This document shows positions 11,975 through 23,560 of a stretch of DNA of 64,000 bases, piece by piece. How positions within the stretch are numbered: position 1 is the stretch's first letter; each line of letters opens with the position of its first letter. The notes below the pieces were generated by a model. The model was not told where the DNA came from. It was given only the letters and a program-made list of their open reading frames with translations, and made no database searches. The DNA is from Rebecca billardiae RCC1528. Its lineage: Eukaryota > Protista > Haptophyta. The stretch lies in assembly GCA_965240325.2 (NCBI GenBank), contig OZ251224.1, positions 2,232,001-2,296,000 of the forward strand, read 5' to 3'. The translations under genes were made by a program, and so were the position numbers.

Positions 11975-12964
11975 GGAGCCCGTTATAAAGGGGAATTTAA
12001 AAACAAAAAACATGCAAAAACGAACAGCATGTTTTCAATTGCCCAAAATCGGTAATATAGCAGGGTTCATACTTCCAAAGAGTTGCAATAGCGTACACAT
12101 GGACTATGTGCACCGGTCGTAAAACATATCTCGCTATTCTTTGTAGTATCTGTCCCCAATCACAGCCAATCTTGAACCAAATGAGAAATCTCAAATTCTC
12201 AAGAATTCGTAGCCTAAAGAGGGGTAAAAGCTAGGGGCCTCGTCAGCAACTCGTTGCGGTGCGCCATCATCGTACTATTCGTAGTGCGCCGTTCGTCAGA
12301 GTACAGTAAGTTACGGCCTTTGGTCAGAGTCTCCTAGTCTTGGCCTTGGTACCAGCACGTCTGAGTGACACCTGACCTTGCCCTGGCCCGCCCCTGGGCT
12401 GTGGAGTCCCCTCGCGCCCTGCTTGGGAGCCTGCTGATGATACAGTGTTACCATTTGGCTTGACCTGCTGGCTCAGTGTGCCCAGGCTGATGAAACTGAA
12501 GACAGTTGGCATGGCCGGGAAAGTACAGTACTTAACCCCCTTGTCACTTATGTCAGTCACATTTTGTGTAATACTGACAGTGTAAGTATCATAGTCGTCT
12601 GCAATCCAAGTCCTACTGAGGCTAGCTAGTAGCTACTCGGATTCGGAACCAGTCTCATGACTTGCTGATATCAGATATGTGTCCTATACACGACTCTAGT
12701 GAACTGCCGCCATTGACTTAGCATCTGCTGCAGTCTGCTACTCTGCTAGTTGGGTCTCCACCGCTTACTCATCCAATCAACTCTGCTCTGTGCTCATTCT
12801 GAACGCGTGCGGGCAGCAGCACACCGTACACGCAGCTCATATCAGTCAATGTCAGGCACTCGTCAGTCGTAAATCAAGACTGATACTCAGTCAAATTATG
12901 CTAAGCAGTCCCTAACTACTCTACATTCTGTTGTATGTCTTGGTCATCGTCGCTTGATCAAGCC

Positions 12965-13588
12965 TGGGCTATTACGCGTCATGACACTCACTTCGGTCGT
13001 CACGTCATGACGACGGATAACGTTCGCGTTTTACGCGTAAATTTAAAATTATGCGTATTGCCGACATGCACTCTTGTGATGGGGACCGTTTCGTCGGTTA
13101 CCGGGTAGTGACTACAGATCACGATGCGCCGCGCAGGCGCGCAGACGGAATATCCGGCACAGAGGCCACCGCCTGCCACCGTAATAACAGGCTTAATTAA
13201 GCAGTGTAGGTGCTACCGGTGCTGGTCGGGCGAGGGCTGGCAAGCCGCTGCTACGGGAAGCAGTGGTGTTATTGACTCATATATATTAGTCATTGTAGTT
13301 ATCTGTATCCGGACTACCGCTGATTTATGTAGCCGCTCTACTGAGCCTGGGGTGGCGGGCCAGGGGCAGTGCGCGGCCGCGCGGGGCGGCGTGCGCGCGC
13401 GCACGCCGAGCCGCCTGACATTCGCCTGCTGGACATCGTGATTCGTGGGTCCGGTGTGCCGGGCGTGGACTACAGAGTGCTGTCCGGCCGTCATGTGACG
13501 CCATTCCTGGCGTCTCTACGCCATGACGTCAGAATGATACGACGATGAACGTTACTGTCGTGACGTCATGACGCGTAACGCACGCCCA
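12965..13588. mobile_element. Old MITE-like element with imperfect inverted ends
   Basis: TTACGCGTCATGAC (12972-12985) / GTCATGACGCGTAA (13565-13578) perfect 14-bp IR, flanked by TGGGC/GCCCA; second imperfect IR block around TAACGTTC/GAACGTTA. Confidence 0.5.
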
Positions 13589-14045
13589 TGCAGCAGCCTC
13601 AGACTGGCAGAGTAGCAATGGTGCGCGCTTCGGATGACACTGGCGCGGTCCGATAGATATCTATCGCGATATGACTTAGTATCGCGTCGCCCGGGCGGCC
13701 GGACGATATCGACTCAGGCGTACTGGCGGCGTGGTGATCCCTCTACGCCGGTCTGTGACCGAGTGCGTGGGAGTACTGGCGTGCTCTCGCGTCTGAGGTC
13801 AGCATGGCTTATTCGTCAAACCAGTTATTAGTTTCCAGGTCTCGTCTCTTCACGGAGAGGACGTGCGATGAATAAGGCATGGCGCGGCACGATCTGCCAC
13901 CGTGACTGCCTTATACGAGCACGTTAAAACGAGTATAATAAACTGTAACTCGGTCATATCGTCGCCCGGACGACTCAGGCAACATCATCGTCGATCGCCC
14001 CGCGCTCAGCGCGCGTTCAATCGACGGCCTGAGGCATGACTTGTC

Positions 14046-15830
14046 TTATTTGGCATGCAAGGCGAGCACATGCGAGGTGCTCAAGGCGAGCGCCAAAGCG
14101 CCGTACACGCCCAGGGCGAGCAGTCCGAACTGGTGCCGGCGGGATGACGAGCCCTTGCCGAGCCCGAGTCCGATCAGCGCAGGCAGCACGTAAATGAGCA
14201 GCGAGCCGAGGATGGCGCCGCGCAGCTGCACGACGAAGAGCAGTTTGTCCGCGCCGAGCACGGCAAGGGTCGTCACCGTGGTCCACACAAGCGCCGAGAG
14301 CCGGCGGTCGCGCGCGGCCGGCGTGAGGCTGCGCTCGGCGCGGGGAGCGGCTGCACCCGCGCCCGCGGCGCTGGCGCCAGCCTGGCCGCCGCCGACCACG
14401 CCGCTGCCGCTGCCGCCGAGCAGCCGCGTGAGCGCGCGGCCAAGCGAGCCGCCGGCGAGCGCGCTCTTGAGCGCGAGCATCGTCAGCAGGTACGAGCTCA
14501 TCACGCCGATGGCGCAGAGCACGTTGGCGACGACGGCGAGCGGGTCGGAGCTGGCGTAGCCAGCAAGCGCCAGGGCCGGCGTGTGCTCGCCGAAGGTCGC
14601 ACGCGCCGCGGCGATGATCATCAGGTAGATGAGGCTGCCCGCAGAGAAGGTGGCTGCGGTGATCGTCGCGAAGCGAGAGCTCGGCGCGACGCGCTGGGCT
14701 GGCTGGGCGGCCGACGCGCGGATGATGGGCAGGTGGGCGATGCGCGAGACCGACGCCTCGCCACCACGCCAGCCAGGCCCGGCAGCAGCCGAAGTCGAGC
14801 CCGTACTCACAGTCGACACCGGGCCCCTCCTCGGCACAGGCTGCTCGGCCGCGGCGGACGTGGCCGCGGCGCCGAAGTAGCGTGGCGCATCAAAGTGGCA
14901 CATGAACGCTGTGTTGAGCACGCCGACGCTGCCGATCACCTTCCAAAGGGCGGCCGAGCCGGACAGGCCAGCGCCGATGGGGCTGCCCATGAGGCCGCCC
15001 GCCCCGGCCGCCGCCACCGCCGCCGCCGACTCCGCGAAGAAGCGGCCGCCCGGCCGGTAGCTCCCGTCGACGGCGCGAAGCAGCATGAGCGCAGCAGCGA
15101 GAAGCTTGGCCGAGGCGCCGACGAGCGCCGAGGCCTGGAGCGAGCGCAGGTCGCGCCAAGCGAAGAGCGCGGGGAGTAGCGGGAGGGCCACGAGCAGGAC
15201 CAGCATCGGCGTGGCGCCGCTCGCGCCGGCGAGGGCGCCGCCGGCGTACGGCGAGAGAAGCTCAGCGAGTGAGATGGTGAACTGAAGGCACGAGCCCGCG
15301 GCGAGGCCGACGAGGACGGCCTGCGGCACCCACGCGGGCAGGCCGAACGGCGGGCCGGCGCGTATCCACAACTCGTCGAAGGAGCGCGCGCCCGAACGCT
15401 CGCAGAGGCGGCCGACGAGCCAGAAGCTCGCGCCTGAGAGGACGCCGATCGCGCACACCACCGCCGCCGCGAGCGACATCGGCACGCCGTGCATGGAGGC
15501 GGGCAAGCAAAACGCACCGGTGCCGATCAGAACGTTGAAGACCACGCACGCCAGCGCCAGGGAGCTCATGCCCTTTCCCTCCTCCATACCGCGCTTGGCC
15601 GAGACTGCGCGCCGAACCAATTTTTCGCTCGACGCCGCCACGATGTGCGACCGGCGCGGGATGTGGGGAGGCCGAGCGGCGTAGGGTCCGACGCGTGGTG
15701 CGAAAGCGCGGAGCACGAGCGCGTTCATAGGCCCATCTGTGCGCACCGGCCGCGCGAGCGCCACCAGGATAAGCGCGACGGCGGCGGCGGCGGACGGCTT
15801 CCGCGAACAGATCGAAGGTGCGGCGCACAT
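14046..15830 (-). CDS. Amino acid transporter, AAAP/SLC38 (Aa_trans) family, probable bipartite plastid-targeting presequence
   Basis: FNVLIGTGAFCLP, SFDELW, AFMCHF, SSYLL, GAILGSLLIYVLP motifs; about 11 hydrophobic segments. Start placed at MCAAPS (ATG 15830). Confidence 0.85.
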   Translation of the reverse strand: MCAAPSICSRKPSAAAAVALILVALARPVRTDGPMNALVLRAFAPRVGPYAARPPHIPRRSHIVAASSEKLVRRAVSAKRGMEEGKGMSSLALACVVFNVLIGTGAFCLPASMHGVPMSLAAAVVCAIGVLSGASFWLVGRLCERSGARSFDELWIRAGPPFGLPAWVPQAVLVGLAAGSCLQFTISLAELLSPYAGGALAGASGATPMLVLLVALPLLPALFAWRDLRSLQASALVGASAKLLAAALMLLRAVDGSYRPGGRFFAESAAAVAAAGAGGLMGSPIGAGLSGSAALWKVIGSVGVLNTAFMCHFDAPRYFGAAATSAAAEQPVPRRGPVSTVSTGSTSAAAGPGWRGGEASVSRIAHLPIIRASAAQPAQRVAPSSRFATITAATFSAGSLIYLMIIAAARATFGEHTPALALAGYASSDPLAVVANVLCAIGVMSSYLLTMLALKSALAGGSLGRALTRLLGGSGSGVVGGGQAGASAAGAGAAAPRAERSLTPAARDRRLSALVWTTVTTLAVLGADKLLFVVQLRGAILGSLLIYVLPALIGLGLGKGSSSRRHQFGLLALGVYGALALALSTSHVLALHAK

Positions 15831-16235
15831 CTTTGCCCGGTCGCGGAGCGAAGATACATCAACGCAGTTCGAGAGATGCGAGTCGCGACGAATCACGAAT
15901 CTTTCGTTCATCATCCAAGCAAGATCCAAGGCTACGGTCCGATGGTTGGAGCGTATTGTTCCGTTTGGTGCGGAATGAGCGGCCGTAGCTTCGAGATCGG
16001 CATGACGGAGCGGGGCAGATGAAGGCGGCGGGATCGCAGAGGAATCGAGCTCATCACTGGTAAGAAAAGTGAGCAAGGGCAGCGCCGAAGCACAAATAAA
16101 TTTGCGAGGCTTGTAAGTGCCTAGCAATGCCTAGCAATCAGCATGGCCGCCGCACGCGGATTCACGAGCGGATGAGCCCACGATGATGTGGGCGCCGGAG
16201 TCCTCGCTCGTACGCGCGTGCTCGCTCGAAGCGCG

Positions 16236-19200
16236 TCACCACCTGTCATCAAAGGCGCCCCCCTCATCATCCGACTCGGAGCTCGCCGCCGGATCGTCTG
16301 GGATGAGCCGCGAGCTGGTGCCGCCGTCGCTCTCGTAGTCGGCATCGTCCACGCCGGCCGAGGTGCTGCTCGTGACGGTCCGCATGCGCTCGAGAGGAGG
16401 CAGGAACGTGCTCATCTCGAAGCCCTCGAGGAAGCGGAGCAGCGGGTTCCGCGAGAGCGGCCCCACGTGCAGTCCGCGCTGCTGCCACGCGTGCATCGAG
16501 CGGCGCAGCTGCTCGACAGGGAACTTGTCCGCCGAGTACGGATCGAGCAGCACGCCCGGGGGCACGGGCGGCGGACGACGGAGCGGAGGCGAGGGCGGCG
16601 CGGGGAGCGGCGGCGCGGGCGCGGGTGCCGGCTCGTGCACCGGCGCCGACGCGGGCGCGCCGCTCGGCTCGTGCCCGATCATGGTGCGCAGCGTCGCGGC
16701 CGCCTGGTCGGCAAAGTTGAGATCGAGCTCAGCCGAGAACGCGCGCGAGAATGGCGGAGGCGAGGGCCGGAGGGCGTCCGCGTCGGCCGGAGCGGCGAGC
16801 GGCCCGGCGGCTCCGTTCGTGTCGGTCGGCCCCGCCTCCGGGTGCGCCGATGCCAGCAGCGCGACCGCCGCCGTGGGCGCGACCGGCAAGCTGCCCGCTG
16901 ACCCGCCGCGCGACCGCGCCGCCGCGCCCGCGCCGTGCGGGCCTCGGGCGCCGGCTCGCTTTGCCGCCTCGGCCGCGGCCGCGCGCTCGACGATGCGCAT
17001 CACGTCCGCTTCGCGCAGCGCGGACGGCGTCCACTCGTCCGCGGTGAACCTGCGCCACGGCGCAGCAGGCGACGCGGGCGGGGGCGGGTGGCCACGGCGC
17101 CGGTGCCGCCGGCAGCGCGCGCGTGAGCACGAGCCCAAGGCGTGCGCTGCGCTCCGGGGTGGTGCGCCCTGCGCGGCCGGGCGCTGCCGGCCGCGCGGGC
17201 CGCGCGGTCGCGGACGGACGATCGCGCGCGCGCGCACATTCGGAGCATGTGGCCGAGCTGCGCGGCGCTGAGCGCGGGGCACACTTGCGCGCGATCCTCG
17301 TCCGAGAGCAGCACCGCCTTGTCGACGATGAAAATGTCCGCGGCCTGGCGGACGTGCGCGAGCGCTTCGAGCGCTGCGCTGGTGTGCGCGCACTCGCGCC
17401 CTCTGCCGCCGCCGGAGCTGCTGCCTCGGCTTGCGTGCGCGGCCGCGCGGCGCTGCGCGCCCGCCGAGCGCGCGCGGGGCGGCGTGCGCGCCGCGCCCAC
17501 GTCAAGCTGGGCACACCGCGCGCCCACGTCCTCCACCCAGCGCTCGAGCACGGCGAGCGCCAGCTTGATCTGAACGCCGTTGCCCGACGTGCACAGCTCG
17601 CGCCGGAGCGCAAGGCTGTTGAACGCTTGCGCGCCCACAAACCGAGCGACCCGGAGCACGAGCGCGCGCACGGCGGGTGGCGGGACGTTGGCGGCGAAGA
17701 GGGCGTCGGACGCGCCGCGCAGCGCGGCGGCGAGGCGCTGCTGCTCCGTGTGCGCGCGCGCGGCCGACTCCGCGCTCAGCGCCGCCTCGAGCAGAGCGGG
17801 GCCCAGCCTCGGCCCAAGGTCGAGCAGGACCGGCCGCAGGAAGAGCTCGAGCGCCGACGCGGACAGCCGGAGGACCTCCGAGCAGAAGTTGGCGAGGACG
17901 CGCTGCTCGTGCTCGAGGACGCGCGCGGCGGAGGTGGAGAGCGCGCCGCCGCCCTTGCCCGCGCGCACGTCACGCGGCGGCTCGAGCCCGAGCCCGAGAC
18001 CGAAGCTCGGCCCCGCGCCAGCCGGGTGCGCCGCCACGCCCGTGCGCGCGAGCAGGTGGCCCCGCGCTAGCGCGAGCAGCACTGAGAGCACGCTCAGCTC
18101 GTACGCGAGCGCGGCGGGCTGGCGTGCGTGCGCGTGCAGCCGGGCGCGCAGGGCGGCGCACGCCGCGACGGTGAAGCGCGACGAGCGCACCTCGATGCTG
18201 TACCGCGCGATCAGCAGCGCCGCCACCGGCAAGCCCTGGTGGGTGTAACGCTCGGCGGGCGGCGCGTCCCGAAGGCGCAGCGCATGGTCGAGCAGCAGCG
18301 CGTCGTGCTCGGCGGTCTGCGCGCGCTGCGAGGGCGACTTGGAGACGAGGCTGGCGAGCTCCTCCGTCGAGTCGATGCGGTGGAGCGACGGCACGAACTC
18401 GCCCGTCGCGCCATCGGTCGCGGCGCCGGCGCACGCCGCGGCGGACGCGGCGGCGGATGCGCCGCTGCCGCCACCGCCCGCTGGCCCCGCGCCGCTCGCG
18501 CCGGCACACGCGCCGGCGCCAGGCACGCTCGCCGAGACGCCAGCGGCGTGCGTGGCGGGCTGTACGGCGGCGCCCGCCACCGAGCCGGCCGAGCCCACCG
18601 CGCAGCCGCCACACGCGCCCACGGCGTGCGGAGCGCTGCATGATCCGTCTGCGCACGCGTCCGCAGCGGACGCAGCCTCCGAGCCCATCGAGCCGCGGAA
18701 GTTGGACGCGCCGCTGGCAGAGGCGGGGATGAGCGTTGTGCCTCCGATCGCGGAGGAAGCCGCGGTCGAGCGCGTCCAGGCCGTCGAGACCGACCCCGAC
18801 GACGACGCGGAGTCGTCCTCGTCCTCGCCTGAGCGCCGCCCCGAGAGCCGACCTGTGCGCGCCGGAATGCCGCTGCCGCCGCCGCCGCCCGACGGGACGC
18901 GCAGGCTGTCCTGCGCGCGCACACCGCCGTCTGCGCCGACGTCGAGACCCACGTCGCCGCTACTCGTCTTGAAGCGCGCGAGACCTCGGCCCGTGTCCAG
19001 CTTGGTGTCCGCCAGCCACTTGGAGCGGACGGCGAGAGTGAGGATTGCCGACTGCCGCCCGGCGCGGTCGAGCAGGTAGCACGTGACGGGCACGTCTTTG
19101 CCCTCGTGCCCGGCCGCGGCGAAGAGCGCCAGGTTGAGCCTCGCCTTACACAGCACCTTGGGCCCCTGCCGCCGCATGCTGTTGTACTCGAGCAGGGCGA

Positions 19201-19483
19201 CCATGTACTCCTTGGGTTCAAACTGCGCCGCCGCGCCCGCCAAGTGCGTGTCGCTTTTGTACAGCGTGGAGACGAAGAGGAAGGTGTCGTCCCACGAGAT
19301 GTCGCCCGTGTGCACGATGTTGCTCGTCTTGAAGCGCTTGCCGCCACGCGAGATCTCGACGTACACGAGCTCCTTGGACGGATTGACCGAGTCGGCCATG
19401 CGCAACGCCTGCACGGTGAGCTCAAACTCGTACTTCGACTCCGTCTTGCCCAAGCGCGAGAGGGGGTTGTGCAGGAGCGGCAT
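16236..19483 (-). CDS. NT-type C2 domain + Dilute (DIL) domain protein; exons 17238-19483, 16236-17049
   Basis: N-terminal YEFELTV...VEISRG...ISWDDTF..STLYK...FEPKEY (NT-C2); FNSLALRRELCTSGNGVQIKLALAVLERW...HVRQAAD...CPALSAAQL (DIL). GT-AG intron 17050-17237 restores the frame (LRM-FTADEW); 1019 aa. Confidence 0.8.
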
Positions 19484-19702
19484 GGCGCGGAGCGACGACT
19501 GGCCGCTCGGCCGCCTTCGCCTCGAACGGTCGTCCCTGCACCCCTGTGGTGCCTGTGGTGTGGCGCACCGCCAGGGCCTCCACCGATGAAATACACGGCC
19601 GCCGCGGGCGCCACCGCCGTCTGCCAAAGTGCCAAGCGCACCACTTTCAACTTCCAGGCGGGGCAAATTGTCCATGCTGGTGGAGTTATTGTAACTCGCG
19701 CC

Positions 19703-19791
19703 AGAAAAAAGGAGAGGCGGGGAGGAAAAAGGAGGGGGAGGAGGGAAGGAGGGAGAAGAGAGGGGGAAGAAGAGAGGGAGGAAAAGGAGGA
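19703..19791 (+). repeat. Polypurine tract (GA-rich) upstream of the NT-C2 gene
   Basis: ~89 nt of A/G with a single C. Confidence 0.85.
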
Positions 19792-20821
19792 TCATCGTAG
19801 TCGGTGATAGTGGTCAGTCTGATACAGCTGGGCGCTCGGTCAGGGGCATCATGTCTCGGCTACAGACGTGACATCCGTCGACTGTAGTGGCTGAATCGGT
19901 TACGCCTGCTCGTCGTCGCGCGCTCGGCGCTTCGAAATCACTGTCGTCGTGCCGTGTCGATTGTCGGACGACAGGCGACGACAGTGACCCTCCGCCGCAG
20001 GCAAAGCGCACGCCGTCAGACCTGGGCTCAGTGAGGCGGTAGCGGTGCGCACACGCCCTGCCGTCACAAACGCATGCCGATGCATTCAATGGGCGTCTGG
20101 CTGTTTCACTCATCGACCACTGCTGCCGAGCAAGAGGAGCGCTCGAGTGAGGCGCGTCTCAGGCATGGTACTGTATCATGTCTCAGGCATGGTAGGAGGG
20201 CGCGGTGACGAATCGGTGACAATGATGCTACTGCATTTCTTTGGCGGTCAGCAGCGGCGAAACTGATGCGACAGGCGCGGCAGGCGACTTTTTGCTGTCA
20301 TCTTCATTCGCGCGTCGTCACCTGCGGCTGCCGGTCGCTCCACGCCCCGTCCCAGGTAGGACCGCGATCCAAGGCCCCAGCGCCACGGCAGGGTCACCAG
20401 GGCGTGGCGTAAGCAGGTTGGCGCGGTCGTGTGAGCGCCTGAGGCTGTGAGCACCAGTGATAGTTTCCTTTCCGACTTTTCGACGTACAATTCGACGACT
20501 CTACTAGCTCGTCCGCGTCCAGCCGTCCACGTTGCCATCGCCAGTGCCAAGTCGACTGACCGAATGAGACGGCGCGCGTCGGAGGCTGCGCCTCTCACGG
20601 GGTTTTCTGATTCAAGAATTGGCAGCAAGTCACTACAGTTTACTAAGAATAAGAGACGCACACAGCTCAGGCAGGCGAGATTAGTCAGGGGCCAAGATGC
20701 CACCCTTCTGACGGCCGTGCTGACCTCTGGGGCATGCCGTACGACGGGGTGCAGACCTTTGAATGTTCCGTCTGAAGTCACATCACGTGGTGAGTCTGAC
20801 GAACAATAATGTTCATATCGG

Positions 20822-22367
20822 TCATTGTTGTGTGTTGATGATGGCAGCGCTGGCGCCCTCGTCGCTCGGTCTCCGCCTCGCCACAGGGCGCCAGGAATCT
20901 GGTCGGAGCGGCACTTTCTCGTCGGCGTTGCCGCGGGCGATGTCGCGCACCAGCACCACGTCCGACTGCTCGACCTGGAGGTGGTTGCCTCTCCCGAAGC
21001 GGGCGTCCAGCAGGGTGTCGAGCGCGTGGCCGGCGGCCAGGGGCGTGCCCTCCTCCAAGTGCAGCTCCTGCCGCAGCTCCTCGGCCAGTAAGGTGGACCA
21101 CAGCAGCTCCAACGGCAGGTCCAGCTGCGCAGCGTACTCACGCGGCGTCAGGTAGGTGCCCGACATGTTGCACCACGCCAGCAGCTGGTTGTGCGCGCCG
21201 AGCAGGACCTCCCCGGCAAACAGGACGCGTCCCTCGCACGCGAGCTGCGCGTGCCCTGATGCCCGGCCGAACGCGGCGTGGCGTGGCGACATGCGTAGCT
21301 GGCGCTCACCGGGCACGACGACGAACGCGTGCGAGCCGGGTGTCATGCGAATGTCCGTGCGCACCGTGCAGCACGTCGTGTCCTCCGGGAGGTGCACGTT
21401 CGCCGGCGCGCGGCCACATGCCCGCAGTGCGGACACGCTGGGCACGTAGCGATCGCCGTGCAGCATGTACACGTGCATCGTGCCCGGCGCGTCGCTCGGC
21501 TCGCCCCACGGGTCGTGAGAGCTGCCGGGCGCGGGGGAGCCAGGCATATCTGCGGGACCCCCAGCGCCGTGATGCTCATCTGAGCCCGCGCTGCCGTCAT
21601 CCGAGCGCTGGAGGGTGGCGAGAATCGGCATCGCGAGCCTGGCGCGGTGGGCCGCCCGGCGGGACGCGCGCAAAGCCGAGGGCCAGGGGTGTGGGGGGTG
21701 TGGGGGGTGGTTCTCGGTCAGGCGCGCGCACATGGGAGTGGCATGCACGCGGGCCATCCCGCGGCAGACGCGCGGCGCGGGGCGAGGGCACTCACGCGCT
21801 GAAGCCTGAGCGGTAGTCTGCGGTGTGCGACAGCGGCGCTCGTGCATGCGTCCACGCGGCGATGGTCTCGAACCGACTGTTTGGCGCTGCGATCGCGCCC
21901 AGTTCGGTGGGCATCGATCTTGAGCGCAGAATCCGACCGTCATCGCTCGCCGGTGCGCTGATCGCGGCGGCGTCATCATCTGGCGGCTCCATCATCAGGT
22001 TTGACGCGATGCAGATTCGTCGTCGGTGCACGCTGTTGTTGATGCCCGCGTCCTTGAGCATCTGGTCGTCGACAGCCCACAGGCGTTGGCCGATACCTGC
22101 GCTCGCGCAATGACACATCACGGTCGCGCGGGCCGCGCGTGCGCCTCAGCCCAACGCTGCGCAGCGAGGCGAACGCGCCGCACACGCGGATCACACACCT
22201 GCGCTGAGCAAGCGGTCGGCGTACTGCTCGCAGTGCATCGGGAGACCGACGAGCGAGAGCCAGTGGGCGAGTGCATCCAGGGAGGTGCACTCGTACGAGA
22301 GGGAGCTGAACGACCCTTGCGAGCTGGTGTCGCTCGAGTCGCTAGACGTTATGTGCGGCGTGCGCAT
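20822..22367 (-). CDS. SAM-domain protein with C-terminal bacterial-toxin/ART-like domain; exons 22199-22367, 21796-22096, 20822-21638
   Basis: Splicing GT-AG introns 22097-22198 and 21639-21795 gives a 1287-nt in-frame CDS (428 aa). SAM: LAHWLSLVGLPMHCEQYADRLLSAGIGQRLWAVDDQMLKDAGINNSVHRRRI. C-terminal: HAFVVV...GHAQLACEGRVLFAGEV...LLAWCNMSGTYLTP...LDLP. Confidence 0.8.
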
Positions 22368-22804
22368 TTCGCGTGCCGCTTCGAAGTGTCGATCGTAGAT
22401 CTCGACGCGACCTCGGTGTGCGAGCAGTTCGATCGACGAACGCGTTTGGATTGTGAGTATGGGGGTAGGAGAAGGTGATGCTTCTCATTAATAGGCAGCT
22501 CGGTTCCCCAGTTTTCCTTCGCCCAGTGGGTAATTTCTCCAGCACGGCAACGGTACGGTATTCATCGACGTGACTATGTGAGTGGCCCACCAATATTCAT
22601 ACATGACTCTATTATCATGTATGTATGAGTAGGCATCAAAATTCTCATGCTGCTGATGCATATTTATCATCGACGAAGCGGAGCCACCTCGCTATTCTCA
22701 GCAGTGGGATCTGCGTATTGGGCCGCTAGATGCGCGTTCCGTCAATGGTCGGATTCATGACGAAAATACCCCGGACTAGCCGAAGTTGAGAAGATCAAGT
22801 GGTC

Positions 22805-22835
22805 GGCATAAGAAATCATGATGATTTCTTATGCC
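22805..22835. promoter_or_regulatory. Perfect 15-bp inverted repeat with 1-nt spacer (function unknown)
   Basis: GGCATAAGAAATCAT-G-ATGATTTCTTATGCC. Confidence 0.5.
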
Positions 22836-23560
22836 ATTAGTCGATCGACGGTTGATTGTTTTCGATCCAAACCGACCTCTCCTGCTTCTTCTGATTTGAT
22901 CTCGATCCAGGGGCTCAACTGGGGACGAATCAACCTCTACCTGCGACGGATAACCACATTTTTTTCGTCGCTGCCGACGCTCTGACTCCACTGCCAAGCA
23001 AACGATCGTTCGACGTTCGGCTGGCCGTCGTCTCAGGCCGGGCGCAAGGCTTACGTTCTTGGCAGGCTCGTTGGACGTGGCCATGACGGGGCGCACGCGG
23101 CGGTAGCCGCCGATCTCATCGCCTCCGCGTCATCCGAGCTGTTCTCATGCGAGCCTACCTTGGCGCGTCTGCGTGGACGAGTCGGCGCCCCCACTCTGCC
23201 GCACTCCGTACTCGTAGACGGTAGAGTTCAGCGGCTCGGCCTGCTCAGCCTCAGGCCGCTCAGGGCTGTCCTGCTCCGCCGCCAGGGCCAGGCCGCGTGG
23301 GACCGGTCCGAAGCTGCCCGAATACGAATCAGTCGCCTGCGCTCCGGAGCCGTGGCCCTGACAGTCCGTGAGACCTGGTACTCTCAGCACGGCCGTGACG
23401 GCGGCGCGGAGCCGTACCCGGAAGAGTAGCAGCGCACTGAACTAAGAAACGAGCAGCATACAAGTTACAACGCCAAGCTGTGATGTCCTGCCCTGACTGA
23501 GTCTGAGACTGAGTACAGTACTGAGCGCGGACGAGAAGCCGTGAGCGGCCGGTTTACGAG

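Noticed and set aside
20248-20809. ORFs downstream of the SAM gene
   Set aside because: No motifs and weak codon bias; probably UTR or decayed sequence.
22987-23429. Open + strand frame ending ...GAEPYPEE*
   Set aside because: No ATG or recognisable domain; could be an exon of a small gene but cannot be supported without transcripts.
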